Positions 1-10,438 of a stretch of DNA of 19,829 nt are shown here, in pieces. This stretch comes from Fonticula alba ATCC 38817. Taxonomy: Eukaryota > Protista > Nucleariida. Below the pieces are notes generated by a model. The model was not told the DNA's origin, ran no database searches, and was given only the letters and a program-made list of their open reading frames with translations. Numbering within the stretch: position 1 is the first letter of the stretch; every line of letters begins with the position of its first letter. The DNA lies in the NCBI GenBank assembly GCA_000388065.2, contig KB932204.1; one strand, given 5' to 3'. The position numbers were made by a program, and so were the translations under genes.

Positions 1-64
1 GAGAGAGAGAGAGAGAGAGAGCAGGCAGAAGAGGCAGAGGGGAAACACCCAACTCCGGACGTAC

Positions 65-3000
65 GCCCACGAGCCAGGTCGTGATAGAGGTTGGCCATGC
101 CATCGACGGGCAAACTTTCCCGGAAGAAGGTGTTGGCCACCACACGACGCCGGCCCAGCAGGACCTGCGTCAGGCGGATGGTGTCGTCCAGGTCGGAGAT
201 GACCGCCAGGCCGTCAATCAGCCCGGACAGGCATCGGTCCGTGAGGGGCATGTGCGGCTGGGCCGCCAACTTCGGGGCCGCGTGCGCCGCATCGATCAGC
301 GGAATGAAGGCATCCGACACGACTTGCATCTGGTCCTTGATGCCGGGCGGGCCGCTGACCAGGCGCGTGGTGATGCGCAGTCCGGCCACCGGGATGAAGG
401 GCTGCGCGCCGGACTGCAGCGCCGGCGGCAGGCAGTTGGACACCATGCGCCAGGGGGGCAGTGGGAGGGCCACCCGGGCAAAGAAGTGCCCGCTGTTGTG
501 CGTTGTCTGCGGGCACAAGGTCATCGTGAGAGGTGCGCCGNNNNNNNNNNNNNNNNNNNNNNNNNNNNNNNNNNNNNNNNNNNNNNNNNNNNNNNNNNNN
601 NNNNNNNNNNNNNNNNNNNNNNNNNNNNNNNNNNNNNNNNNNNNNNNNNNNNNNNNNNNNNNNNNNNNNNNNNNNNNNNNNNNNNNNNNNNNNNNNNNNN
701 NNNNNNNNNNNNNNNNNNNNNNNNNNNNNNNNNNNNNNNNNNNNNNNNNNNNNNNNNNNNNNNNNNNNNNNNNNNNNNNNNNNNNNNNNNNNNNNNNNNN
801 NNNNNNNNNNNNNNNNNNNNNNNNNNNNNNNNNNNNNNNNNNNNNNNNNNNNNNNNNNAGAGAGAGGCAGAGAGAGGGAGAGAGAGAGAGAGAGAGGAAC
901 ACCAGGGAGCACAAGCAGGCACACGCACTTCCCCTCGACCGACGCATCAGACGGAGCACCGATGACGCGCTTCAGGACGCCGAGCGCCACGGCCCGGCGG
1001 AAGCCACCACGCTTGCGCGGCGAGTAGAGCCACCCGTGCACCGTCATGTTGATGGAGGCCGCATAGGCCGAGGCCGAGGGCGGGACGGCCAGCTGGTACC
1101 AGCCGGTCGGCGAGGGGACCAGCACATGGGGAAGCTGCAGCGACCCGGGCTCCCCGACGGCGAATGTGGCAGCATCAGCCGGCAGGGCGATGCCCAGGGC
1201 AGCAGCCACCGAGGGAACGGCCAGCCGCGGGACCAGAACCGGCCCGGCGGAAACACCCTCCGGGTGCCAGGGCCCCAGGGGCGAGGTATGCTCCTCGGAG
1301 CTCGAGGAGGAGGAGGAGGACGAGGAGCCCGAGGGCCCCGTGGTGCCGGGGGCCGTGTAGTCGCGCACGGTGTACACCGATCCGCCGAAGCCCTGGTCGA
1401 TGCTGGCCGAGCAGACCCCACACACCCCGGACCCGGCCCACTCGAGGACCTCGCGCAGGCCGGCCGCCACGACCTTGGCATTGACCATGCTGTAGGAGTT
1501 GTCCAGGCGGATGGTCAGGCGCCCGCGGGCCGAGGCATTCAGGCAGAAGGCCCCGCCGGCCGGGCCATCCGACGCAAAGACCAGCGTCGGCGGGACCAGC
1601 TGCAGCCAAACAGCCGAGGAGGCATTGTTCGCGGCGGCGGCGGCGGCGGCCGCGGCCGCCGGCGTGCTGCCAGCCGCCGGCACAGCCCCGGGCCCGGGGA
1701 CCACCTGCGTATGCAGGCTACTGGTGGAGGACCCGAGCGAGGCCATGCGGCCGGCCAAGCTGGGACTCGCCCCGCCTGGCAGCATGCCATCAGGGCTAGA
1801 CCCTGGGGGTCGAGGATCCGAGGCACGGCGCCCGGGGGGCATCTTGCCGGCCGGACTGCCGGCGGCCGAATGGGCATGGTGATGGGATGGCTGTGGGTGT
1901 GATTGCTGCCGCAGCATGGGCGCATGATCGCCCGGGGTGGTCTGGGGCCCGGGCGCCTCGGCCCCGGGCGAAGAGGGGTCCTGGTCAAAGTGCTGGTTGC
2001 TCAGTTGGGCGAAATAGTGCTCGGCTTGGGCTTCATCGCCGCCGGAGGCCTCCCAAGCGGCGACCACGTCGCTGGCCGCCAGCCGTTCATTGCTCCCGAC
2101 GCCGTGGTACACATCGTGGCCAAGGAGCAGTTCCGGTGGGCCGGCCTGCTCCACCAGCACGGCCGTCGACTCGGAGCTGGCCGTTGGCTGGAGGTCTTCC
2201 TCGGCCAGAACCCGGGCAATGGCCCGGCTGGACACCGGAGACGCTTTGGACTCGAAGAACAGGGCCCCGGAGGCGGAGGATTGCACGGTGGAAACCCGGC
2301 CCAAGGGCGGAGCCGGCCGGGTGCCAGGCCGAGCCGGGAGCAGTGGCGGCGACCCGCTGCCGGGGGTGCTGCCAGCCGCCGTCGCCGCCGCCGCCGCCGG
2401 CGTCACGGTCGCAGCGGCAGGCTGCCCATGCCCGATGGCCGGATTGCCGCCCAGCAGCGAGGGGGCCGAGCCGGAAAAGCTGCCACTCAAGCGCGAGGGC
2501 ACCGGCGAGGGGGGCGCACTGCCGGTGCCGACCCGGGGAGGGGAGCCCGGCGACAGCAGCGGCGAGTGGGACAAAACCGACGCCGGGGCCGGGAGCACGG
2601 TGCGCGGGGCTTGGGGATACTCCGAGCCGCTGGCCGCCTCCAGGGTGGCCTGGTCTTCGGGCGCATCGTCCAGCGGATCGAAGCGGACCTCCACCACGAG
2701 GTCCTTCTCCTCGAGGGTGGCCTCCCAGCGGAAGGTGCGCCGCAGGTGGAGGTTGAAATTGGCCTGGGCCGTGGTCATGGGGGGCGAGGACCCGGGCCCG
2801 GGGGAGCCCGGTGCCCCTGCTGCATGGACATTCAGCGAGGAGCTCGAGGAGGCCACGGAGAAGCCACGCTCGGCGGGGCTGGCAGCCCGCGAGGAGGGGC
2901 CCCCGGTGGTCGCCATGCCGGAGAGGCCCGGGCTGGCCGGATCGATCGGGCTCCCCACGCGAGAAAGCCCGGCACTCCCGAGCGAGGACAAAGAGCAGGA

Positions 3001-6000
3001 GGGCTCCAGGAGGAGGGAGTCCGGACTGCGCGACTCGATCCCGGGCTCGGAGATGACGGTGGTGGCGATGTCATCGGCCAGGCTGTTGGCGGCGGCCTCG
3101 GTGGAGGCGTCCGACTCGGCCCCCTGGCCGTGGGGGGTCCGGAGAACCGGCTGCGAGCAGGCGCCACACTTTTGACACTGCCCCAGATCCACGGCCGGCG
3201 CCAGCACGGGGTTGATGTCGAGGCTGACGATGAGCACCTGCCCGGCTGGAACGATGTATGTGCGGGAGCTGTGGGCACATGGCCAGGCCATTCGGGCGAG
3301 AGGGGGGAGGCGATGAGGGAGATGCCGGAAGGGAGAGGGAGTGGGTCATGTGTGAGAGGAATGTCGCGTGCGCATGCGCGGAGAGTGAATCTGCGAAGAG
3401 AGAGAGAGGGCGAGGGAAGGGCGAGCAGGCGGCACACGCACACTCGGAGCCCGGCCAGGCGCAGGCCGCGGCGGATGCGCGGGTCAAAGCCGGAAGCCGA
3501 AGCAGCCGCGCTGGTGCCCACGGCCGAGGGGGAGATACGAGCGGCGGCCGCGGTGGCCGGCCAATCGTCCTTGACGATGCAGGCATACGTGGGGAAGAGG
3601 TCGATCAGGGTACCGGGCGAATCGCTGGCGGCCAGGCTGGCGGCCGCGGCGGCATCATCGCGAGGGGGGACGCCCCCGGTGACGGCAGAGCCCCCGGCGG
3701 TGGCGGTTCCAGAGCCGGGCCCAGCCCCGGCGGGCTGGAGGTTGCTGCTACTTCCGCTGATGACACCCAATGCACGGCGCCACATGTCGGTGGAGGCGCT
3801 GGTGAAGGCCGACAGGGAGGCCTGGCCGGAGGCGAAGGCGAAGTCCGGCGCAAAGACCGGGGGGAGGGTGGCGCGCGGGGCCTGCGGGGTGGTGGCGCTG
3901 TCGAGGCAGAAGCCGCTGTCCAGCGGCAGGGGCGAGTTCCAGGAGGACCCGCGAATGTTGGACCCGGTGAACTCCGAGTGGGGAATCCAGAGGGTGGGCT
4001 CGGTGGCACGTTGTGGCCGAAGGTGCGGGGTCAGCCAGTCCGAGGAGGGGGCTGCGGCGGTGGCGGCAAGCGAATACCCGGGGGCCTGAGCAGCGGCGTG
4101 CTGGTCGGGCGGCGGGAAGAAGACGACCGGCGGGGCGGTCGGGGTCTGGCCGAGGGGGGCGGCGGGGGCGGCGGGGACTGCGCCGTGTGGCGTAACCGGC
4201 AGGCTTCGGAGGAGGCGCGCGGGGAGGATGGGGCGCTGGCTCCAGGGGTCTACCAGCAGAGGCCCGTGTGTGGGGGTGGCCGAGTCACCGCTGCTGGTGT
4301 ATGTCCCGTGGAAGGCGGCACAGGAGAAGGCGGCCTGCTCGGTGGCGGCGGCGGAATCGCCGGACAGCTGGGCCTGGAGGGCGTGGGTGCGGATGGCAAG
4401 CCGGGTGCGGGCCTTGTCGCCGAACTTGTCCACGCAGGCGGTGGCCGCGGTCAGGGCCAGGAAGCGAAAGAGGCGGCCGGTGCGGGAGGGAGGCGGCTCG
4501 AGGGCAAGCTGCTCGGGGGAGAGGAGCTCGGCGTGGGGGTCGGGATCGGCGTCGGCCGGGGGGTGGGTGTGAAGGCGCGATCGGGCCGCCCGGCGGGAGG
4601 GCCAGGCAACGGGGGCCGGGGCGGCGGCCGGCTGGAAGTAGTCCGGCAGATACTTGCAGCCGGGGAGGGCGTGCTGTGGGAAGGTCCCCTGCGGGGCGGG
4701 CGGCGTAAAGAAGGAAGCTGGCGACCGGGGGGGCAACGAGGGGGGGGGAGGGGCGTGGGCTTCCGCCGAGCGGTGGACCGGGCGGCCGGAATGGCGGCAA
4801 AGCGAGGGGGGAGCACCGGAGGAGGGGCAGGGCAAGGGGGAGGAGGAGGGGGCGGACGAGGAGGAGGGATGGAGGGAGCTGACGCGGGGCTGGTCCGGGC
4901 CGGGAAAGCTCCCGGGTGCCCCATGAGGCGGCCTCGGCAGCCGGGGCAGCGGAGGCGGGCCGTGTCCGGGGCCCTCCTTCCGCCGGGCCCGTGTCGCCGT
5001 GTCGGGAGCGGGCGGGCGGGGCCCGGCGATCGGGACGGGGCGTCGAAGGGCCGGCAGGGGGACCGGTCGGCCTTGTCCGGCCGCCCAGCCGCCATGCGGC
5101 GGGGGGCCGTGGTGTTGGTACGGCCGGGCGGCCGGCGAGGCCCCCCGCGGCCAGTCGAGCGGCTGCCCCGGCAGGGGTGCCGGCCGGGAAGGGGGTGGCG
5201 GCGGCGGCGGCGGCGGCGGCGGCCGGCGCCGTGGCTGTGGCACCGGCCCCCCGGGGGGGCCATCCCCGAGTGGGGTAACTGCCGGCCCGGTGGTGGTGGT
5301 GGTGGTGGTGGCGGCGGCCGCGCGCCGCCGGGGGGAGGATGGCAATGGGGGGGATCGGGCAAGTGCCCCACTGGGCGTCCCGGTGCCGGGCGGGAGCAGG
5401 CGCACCGGCGGCCCGGCTGGCCGGGGCCGCGGACGAACACCTTGCTGGGCGGCATTGTCCTCGGGCCGGGCCGCTGGCCGGTCCGTTGCCGGGGGCAGGC
5501 TGCCCGGCCGGTCGGGTCGGCTGGCGCCGGCCGTGTTGCCGACAGGGTGGCCGGTGTCTGTGGGCCAATCGGCCTCGGTCGGGTCACGCATGACGAAGCG
5601 TACGGTGGGTCGATGGCCGGGCGAAGCCTCCCCCGGGTTGCCCGGCGGCGGGGGTGGTGCCGGTTGCGGCGACATCCGTCGCGGAGGCGCGATCTGCCCC
5701 AGCAGCGGCGGCAGCGGCGGCGGCGGCGGCGACGGTTCCCAACTGCGCATTGAGGCGGGCCCGGCGCCAGCCGGCCCCCCACGGGGAGCCGGAGGGGCCG
5801 CCCTGCCTTGGCATTTGCCCCTGCCGGCTGCCGGCCCAAAGGTGGATTGGGGGCCGGCATCAAGGGCCAGGATGGCGGCGCCGGCGCCGGCGCCGGTGGT
5901 GGTGGCGGTTGCCTCCACAGTGGGCAGCTTCCGGGCCTGGCGGTCGTGGCCTCTGAGCTGGTATTGTTGTTGTTGTTGTTGTTGTTGTTGTAGTTGCGCG

Positions 6001-6159
6001 CGCGGCCCCGGACCCGGGGTCACCGAAGTCCCGGGGTCCGAATCGAAGTTCGGGTCCGGGTCCGGGTCCGAGTCCGAGCCCGACCCGGCATCCCACCCGC
6101 TGGGGCCCAAGGAATGACTGGCAGGCCGCACAGGAGTCGCCGGGCAGAGAGGGGGAGGG

Positions 6160-6232
<73 letters not shown>

Positions 6233-7496
6233 AAGGGCGAGGGCGAGGGTCGATGTGAGATTCTCGAGTGTGTATGCGCTTGCTCGCGCGGCCGGACCTG
6301 ACGCGCGTGAAGCCGCGCGTGAATATCACCCACCCATGCCCGCTGGGGGTCGCGCGCGCGAGAGGCACTCCCCGGGCCCTTTTTCGCATGGGCCAGCCGC
6401 GGCGGTTTGGTTGGCCGCCAGAAGGCCCGCAGGAAGGACACACACACGCACACAGCCCAGGGGGCTGAGAGGCTCAAAACACTGGCCTCGGATGACAGTG
6501 CGCGCGGCATGGCCTGGCGTTGCGACACGCGCGCGCGCACGCCCATGCCCCCACATATTGCCGACATTTTGGCCTGCTCAGACCCCACCCCACAGATGAA
6601 CCCGCCCTCGGGCGGAATGCGCGCCCCCGTGGCTCCTCCTCCGCCCGCTGCCGCGCCGTGCCTGCCTCACACATCTGGGCCCGCACAGGCCTGGGCTTTT
6701 CCGGGGCCGCGGACCGGAGGGCAGGGCAGGCCCCCGGCCCGGACACAAACACAGCCGCCGGGGGGGGGGGCCGCCCGGGTTGGCCAGTCGGGGAGGGGGG
6801 GGGGGAGGGCGAGGGAAATAACATGGCCTGGCGCTGAGCCACACCAAAATAACCCCCGCCCCAATAACGCGTGCCCCGCCCGTCGGCGGCGGTGGCAGGC
6901 CGGTCGCCAGGTGGTCCCTCCGCACGGGTGCCAGGATGTCGGGACCGTGGGCGGCCGAGGCCCCCCCCCCCCCCCGCCCCCCCCCCGGGCCCCAAGCCCC
7001 CGGGTGGAGACCCGCACTCAGCTGAGGGGGCGGGCGGACGGGCGGGCGGACGGGCGGACGGGCGGCGGAAGAAATGGAAGTGCACTCCGTTGGTACGTAC
7101 GCTTCGGGGGACGCGTCGCGCTGGGAGCCGGCCCCGGGAGGACCGTTGGCAGGCACCGGGGTGCCCCCGGCCAGCGGCCCTCGACGGACATCGCCCGGTC
7201 CATCTGCCATCGCCCCTGGACGCCGGTCGGATGGCTGTGAAGGCCACAGGCTGGACGAGGGATGACCGGAGCCAAGATCCGGGCTGGGCGGCACCCCCAG
7301 CGGCGTCCGGCTCACAAGGTCCGAGAAGGAGGCGACCGGGCTCGCCGGTGAGGCGACGCCAGCCAGACGGTCGTCAGCCGGGGCCGGTGCCGGTGGAGTG
7401 CAGAGCACCGCCACCAACTTCGGAGAGTCGACCGGCGATCGGAGCCCCGGGAAGGGGTGTGGACTGGGGGCCGACATCCGGGCGCTGGCGGTGGAG
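65..7496 (-). CDS. APP1: Giant App1-family phosphatidate phosphatase with split GOLD-like domain. Exons (minus): 7101-7496, 3442-6117, 929-3268, 65-540 (may start inside the N gap). 3' end lies beyond the left edge.
   Basis: Seen: a minus frame of 65-540 not in the ORF track translates ...GLAVISDLDDTIRLTQVLLGRRRVVANTFFRESLPVDGMANLYHDLARG. DLDDT is at 180-194. Upstream is INMTVHGWLYSPRKRGGFRRAVALGVLKRVIG (958-1053). Donors GTACGT at 7100, GTGCGT at 3441, GTGCGT at 928 and GTACGT at 64. CAG acceptors at 7497, 6118 and 3269 join in phase 2. Knowledge: ISDIDDT..NTF....VPGMA.LY is the App1 catalytic (HAD-like DxDxT) signature. Confidence 0.85.
541..858. other. Assembly gap (318 N) inside the App1 gene
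   Basis: N run. It hides the acceptor or start of the catalytic exon. Confidence 1.
1447..3267 (-). other. GOLD-like beta-sandwich domain in three pieces (3208-3267, 2674-2760, 1447-1611) within the App1 gene
   Basis: Pieces SRTYIVPAGQVLIVSLDINP / RTFRWEATLEEKDLVVEVRFDP / WLQLVPPTLVFASDGPAGGAFCLNASARGRLTIRLDNSYSMVNAKVV follow, in order, the strand motifs of ACBD3/SEC14L-type GOLD domains, which end in FDNSYS..SK.V. Confidence 0.65.
5964..5990 (-). repeat. (CAA)9 coding repeat, polyQ, in App1 exon 3442-6117
   Basis: (TTG)n on the plus strand; ORF reads QLQQQQQQQQQY. Confidence 0.85.
6161..6230. repeat. G70 homopolymer (poly-C on the sense strand of an App1 intron)
   Basis: Direct count. It ends about 43 nt before the acceptor at 6118. 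The length may be an assembly artefact. Confidence 0.9.
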
Positions 7497-9005
7497 CTGT
7501 GCCAGGGATGCACGAGCGCGAGGCAAGAAGGTTAGCCCCGACCAAGGGCACACCGGAGGCGGAGCAGAGGCGAGGGGGCGGGGGAGATCTTCAATTATTC
7601 AAGCAGACAAGGCCCCGCGAGGGTGGCTGTGGGCGGCGCGTCGGTCCGGGACACGGCGCCCAGGCTAGCAGGAGGCGGAAAGGGCAAACGACAAGCGCCG
7701 ACGAACCCGGGACCCGTGTGGGCGCTGGCAAGGGGGAGGCGTGGACGACAACAACCAGGGGAGCGGGGAGGGAGGAGGAGGGCGAGAGGCGGGGACAAGC
7801 GAGCGAGCAGGGGGAGGTGTGCATTTTTGGGGGGGCTCGGAGGGGGGGACCCGCCCGGCCTGGGGTTTCCCTTTTAACTGGACACATGCCTGTGTGCTCC
7901 GAGCCGGCAGGGGGAGATGGGATGTGCGCGCGAGCGCCTCGGAGGGGGGAGGGGGCGGGGGGGGGGGGACATGAGAACACACCCTGGGTCTGCGAGGGCG
8001 AACTCGGGGGGACACACCGAGGCACGGGGCGTGGGCGTGCGAAAGCACGGTCGCAGAGGAGGGGTCTTTTTCACGCGCGCGCGACGAAAAACCCACACGG
8101 CATCATTGCACGGCCAGGGAAGGACCGGATGCCCCTTTACCGCCCGCCCCCCTCCCTCAGTACAGACACTGTTGCGCTGGTACACCCTCTTGTGCGCGGG
8201 GGCGCGGTGGTTTATACAGACCCATCAGCCAGCCACCGCCCGGGGGGAGCGGCGCCGCACACAAACATACACACGATGGGGCGAGAGAGAAGTGGGAAAG
8301 GGTGTGGTGGACCATGATGAATCCCGACCCCTGGGCAACCATGTGTTCAATTATTAATTGGAAAATCCCGTGGCATGTGGACACACACACATGGGAGATC
8401 CGTGGAGGATGGATCCCATGCGCAGGGTGTGTGGTGACCACAAGCCCCGGGGTGCGCATAGCAGGCATCGGGAGGAAGGAGAGACTCTCGAACATGAGAA
8501 CGAGCGTCCCCCCGACCCCGGATGTCTGTGCGCGCGTGGGGACAGAGAGCGACTCGGGCGCGGGCCGCTGACCATATGCGCCCCCTCTCCCTCACGGAGA
8601 CACTTCGGGGTCGGCCGAGGGGAACGCGGCGCGCATATGCCCGCGTGAGAGGGCAGAGCGACGGCCGGAGCCCGCACGGTGCACCAGAGGGGGCTCGAGA
8701 GAGGGGGGGGGCAAGAGAAACACATCGGGTGTGTACATGTGTGTGTGTGACGTCACGCTCTCAGCTGGAATCTAGAGAAGGAGGAAGAAAGGGAAGGTTA
8801 GCGGAAGGAAGGAGGGCAGGAGGAGGAGGGGGAGAGCGCGGTCGGGAGAAGACCGTCAGACAGTGTGAAATAACTCATGTACAGGTGCCCTGTGAGACAC
8901 CTGTTTGGCTCGGTAGGTGTCCTAAGATTGTCGATCATGCGGATGGAAGGGAGAAGAGAGGGGGGCAAAAAGGGGGCGAGGAGGGGGAGGGACGGGGAGA
9001 CGCAC

Positions 9006-9031
9006 AGTTGAGAGGGACGGTACAGGGCCAT
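9006..9031 (-). CDS. Probable 26-nt first coding exon (MALYRPSQL) of the App1 gene
   Basis: ATG at 9031, 28 nt downstream of TATATAAA. It ends at a consensus GTGCGT donor (9005) in phase 2, matching the phase-2 acceptor at 7497. Extra micro-exons in between are possible. Confidence 0.5.
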
Positions 9032-9058
9032 TGAACAGGACGGGACCGTGTATGGCCC

Positions 9059-9066
9059 TTTATATA
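9059..9066 (-). promoter_or_regulatory. TATA box (TATATAAA) for the App1 gene
   Basis: Perfect TATATAAA on the minus strand in a GC-rich context, just upstream of an ATG and a phase-compatible donor. Confidence 0.5.
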
Positions 9067-9750
9067 CCCCCTGTCCGGCAAGAAACAAGGGCATGCCGCG
9101 TGCCGCAGGGGGGGGGGGGGCAGGGAGGCCAGTCCCCCGGGCCGACAGTCAACTAGCCTTGCAACAGCCTGGAAAGCCGCCGTTTCTCTCACCCAGGCAC
9201 CCACCACGGCTGGGGCGACCTGGGCCCCGGGCACACACACACACACACACACACACGGGCATAGGCACAGGGATGCATGCCCCCAGGCAAGGTCACAGTT
9301 CGGGCCGTAGCACCCGCTCCCTTGGCCCCATCACTGGGGGCGCCCGACACGCGGAGGTCGAGACCGGACGAACCAGGCTCCACGATCGGCCCCCAGTGGC
9401 AGGGGGGGGGAAGGGGGGGCTTCTCGCCGAGCCACATGCCCCCCCACCCGTGTACCTGCGCAGTATGCTCACACCGCGACAAGGCCGCAGGGCCACACCC
9501 CGGGCCGGCACCGGCTCCGGTGGCACCCACCAGATGATAGCAGATCCATTCTGAGGGATTCGGCCCACACGAATTAATGGCATTCCCGGGTGGGGCCCCC
9601 GAGAAGGCTAGCCGTGTGGCATTTGCTTCATCCTCTAGTGAAAATGATCGCCGTTACTAGTTCCAGGCGTGGGACTTATTTGAATTCCCGGTTGCTCCGA
9701 GCCCCGGGCAGATGGGGGTTGCCCTGCCGGACATTAGCCGAGGAGGGGTC

Positions 9751-9753
<3 letters not shown>

Positions 9754-9803
<50 letters not shown>

Positions 9804-9824
9804 CGGAGAGACAGAGAGACAGAG
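9754..9824. repeat. (GA)n microsatellite, degenerate at the 3' end
   Basis: Direct. Other simple repeats: (GA)n 1-21, 859-895 and 19797-19829; (CA)n about 9232-9256; (TG)n about 11435-11478, 17791-17820 and 18573-18611; (TTC)n about 14648-14673; A-run 17264-17282. Confidence 0.9.
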
Positions 9825-10186
9825 GAACCCGAAACGGGCCAGGGGGCAACAAAAGTAGGGCACGCCCGAAAGGCCCTCTCGGCATGACTCGGCCCGGAGC
9901 CCATCCCGCCGAAGGACACCCCGCTGATCAGGCAGCTTGACCTTTGTGCGAGCCGGGCCTGCACCTCCCCTCGCCCTCCTGATCCTCTCGCCGGACAAGA
10001 TCCGCCCGGAGGAGCGCGGCCCGATGCGCCGGAGCGCCCCTGGCCGCTAGACAGGGCCCGGACGGCGATCGAGCGGACGCCCTTCTTCGGCAGCCTCCAC
10101 CTGTGTTGGCCACCCCCCGGCCCGAGAGGCATTCCCCCCTTCTCCCCCAAGCTCCCCCTCCCACACGTCCATTCCCCTCCCCCTCC

Positions 10187-10330
<144 letters not shown>

Positions 10331-10438
10331 TTCTCCTGCCCACCCCCCCCCCCTTTCCCCCCACCCTGCCATCCCCTCCACCCTCGCCGGCCACCCCGGC
10401 CCCCCCCTCCCCCCCACCGCCACTGGCGCCACGGTCAG

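Noticed and set aside
3157-3177. CxxCxxC as a 4Fe-4S ferredoxin or radical-SAM motif
   Set aside because: It lacks the fourth Cys-Pro, has the wrong spacing for radical SAM (CxxxCxxC), and has no supporting fold context.
2832-3441. Overlap of long minus ORFs 2832-6443 and 214-3291 as a programmed frameshift
   Set aside because: A 173-nt GTGCGT..CAG intron (3269-3441) with a CT-rich interior joins the two frames in phase 2.
1903-6117. Long plus-strand ORFs (1903-4089, 3258-5753, 91-1902, 4999-6117) and minus ORF 10529-12178
   Set aside because: These are Arg/Gly-rich antisense shadows of GC-rich coding exons, with no motifs or splice support.
6452-6575. Extra micro-exons inside App1 intron 6118-7100 (GTGCGT at 6451, GTGCGC at 6540)
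   Set aside because: The donor-like words come from TG/CG microsatellites and acceptors are weak. The flanking exons already join in phase. Cannot be excluded without RNA.
9888-9945. Upstream Myb exon EPIPPKDTPLIRQLDL ending at GTGCGA (9946)
   Set aside because: Phase 1 fits and the codons look coding, but there is an in-frame TGA at 9885-9887 and no convincing acceptor or ATG, so it was not called as a feature.
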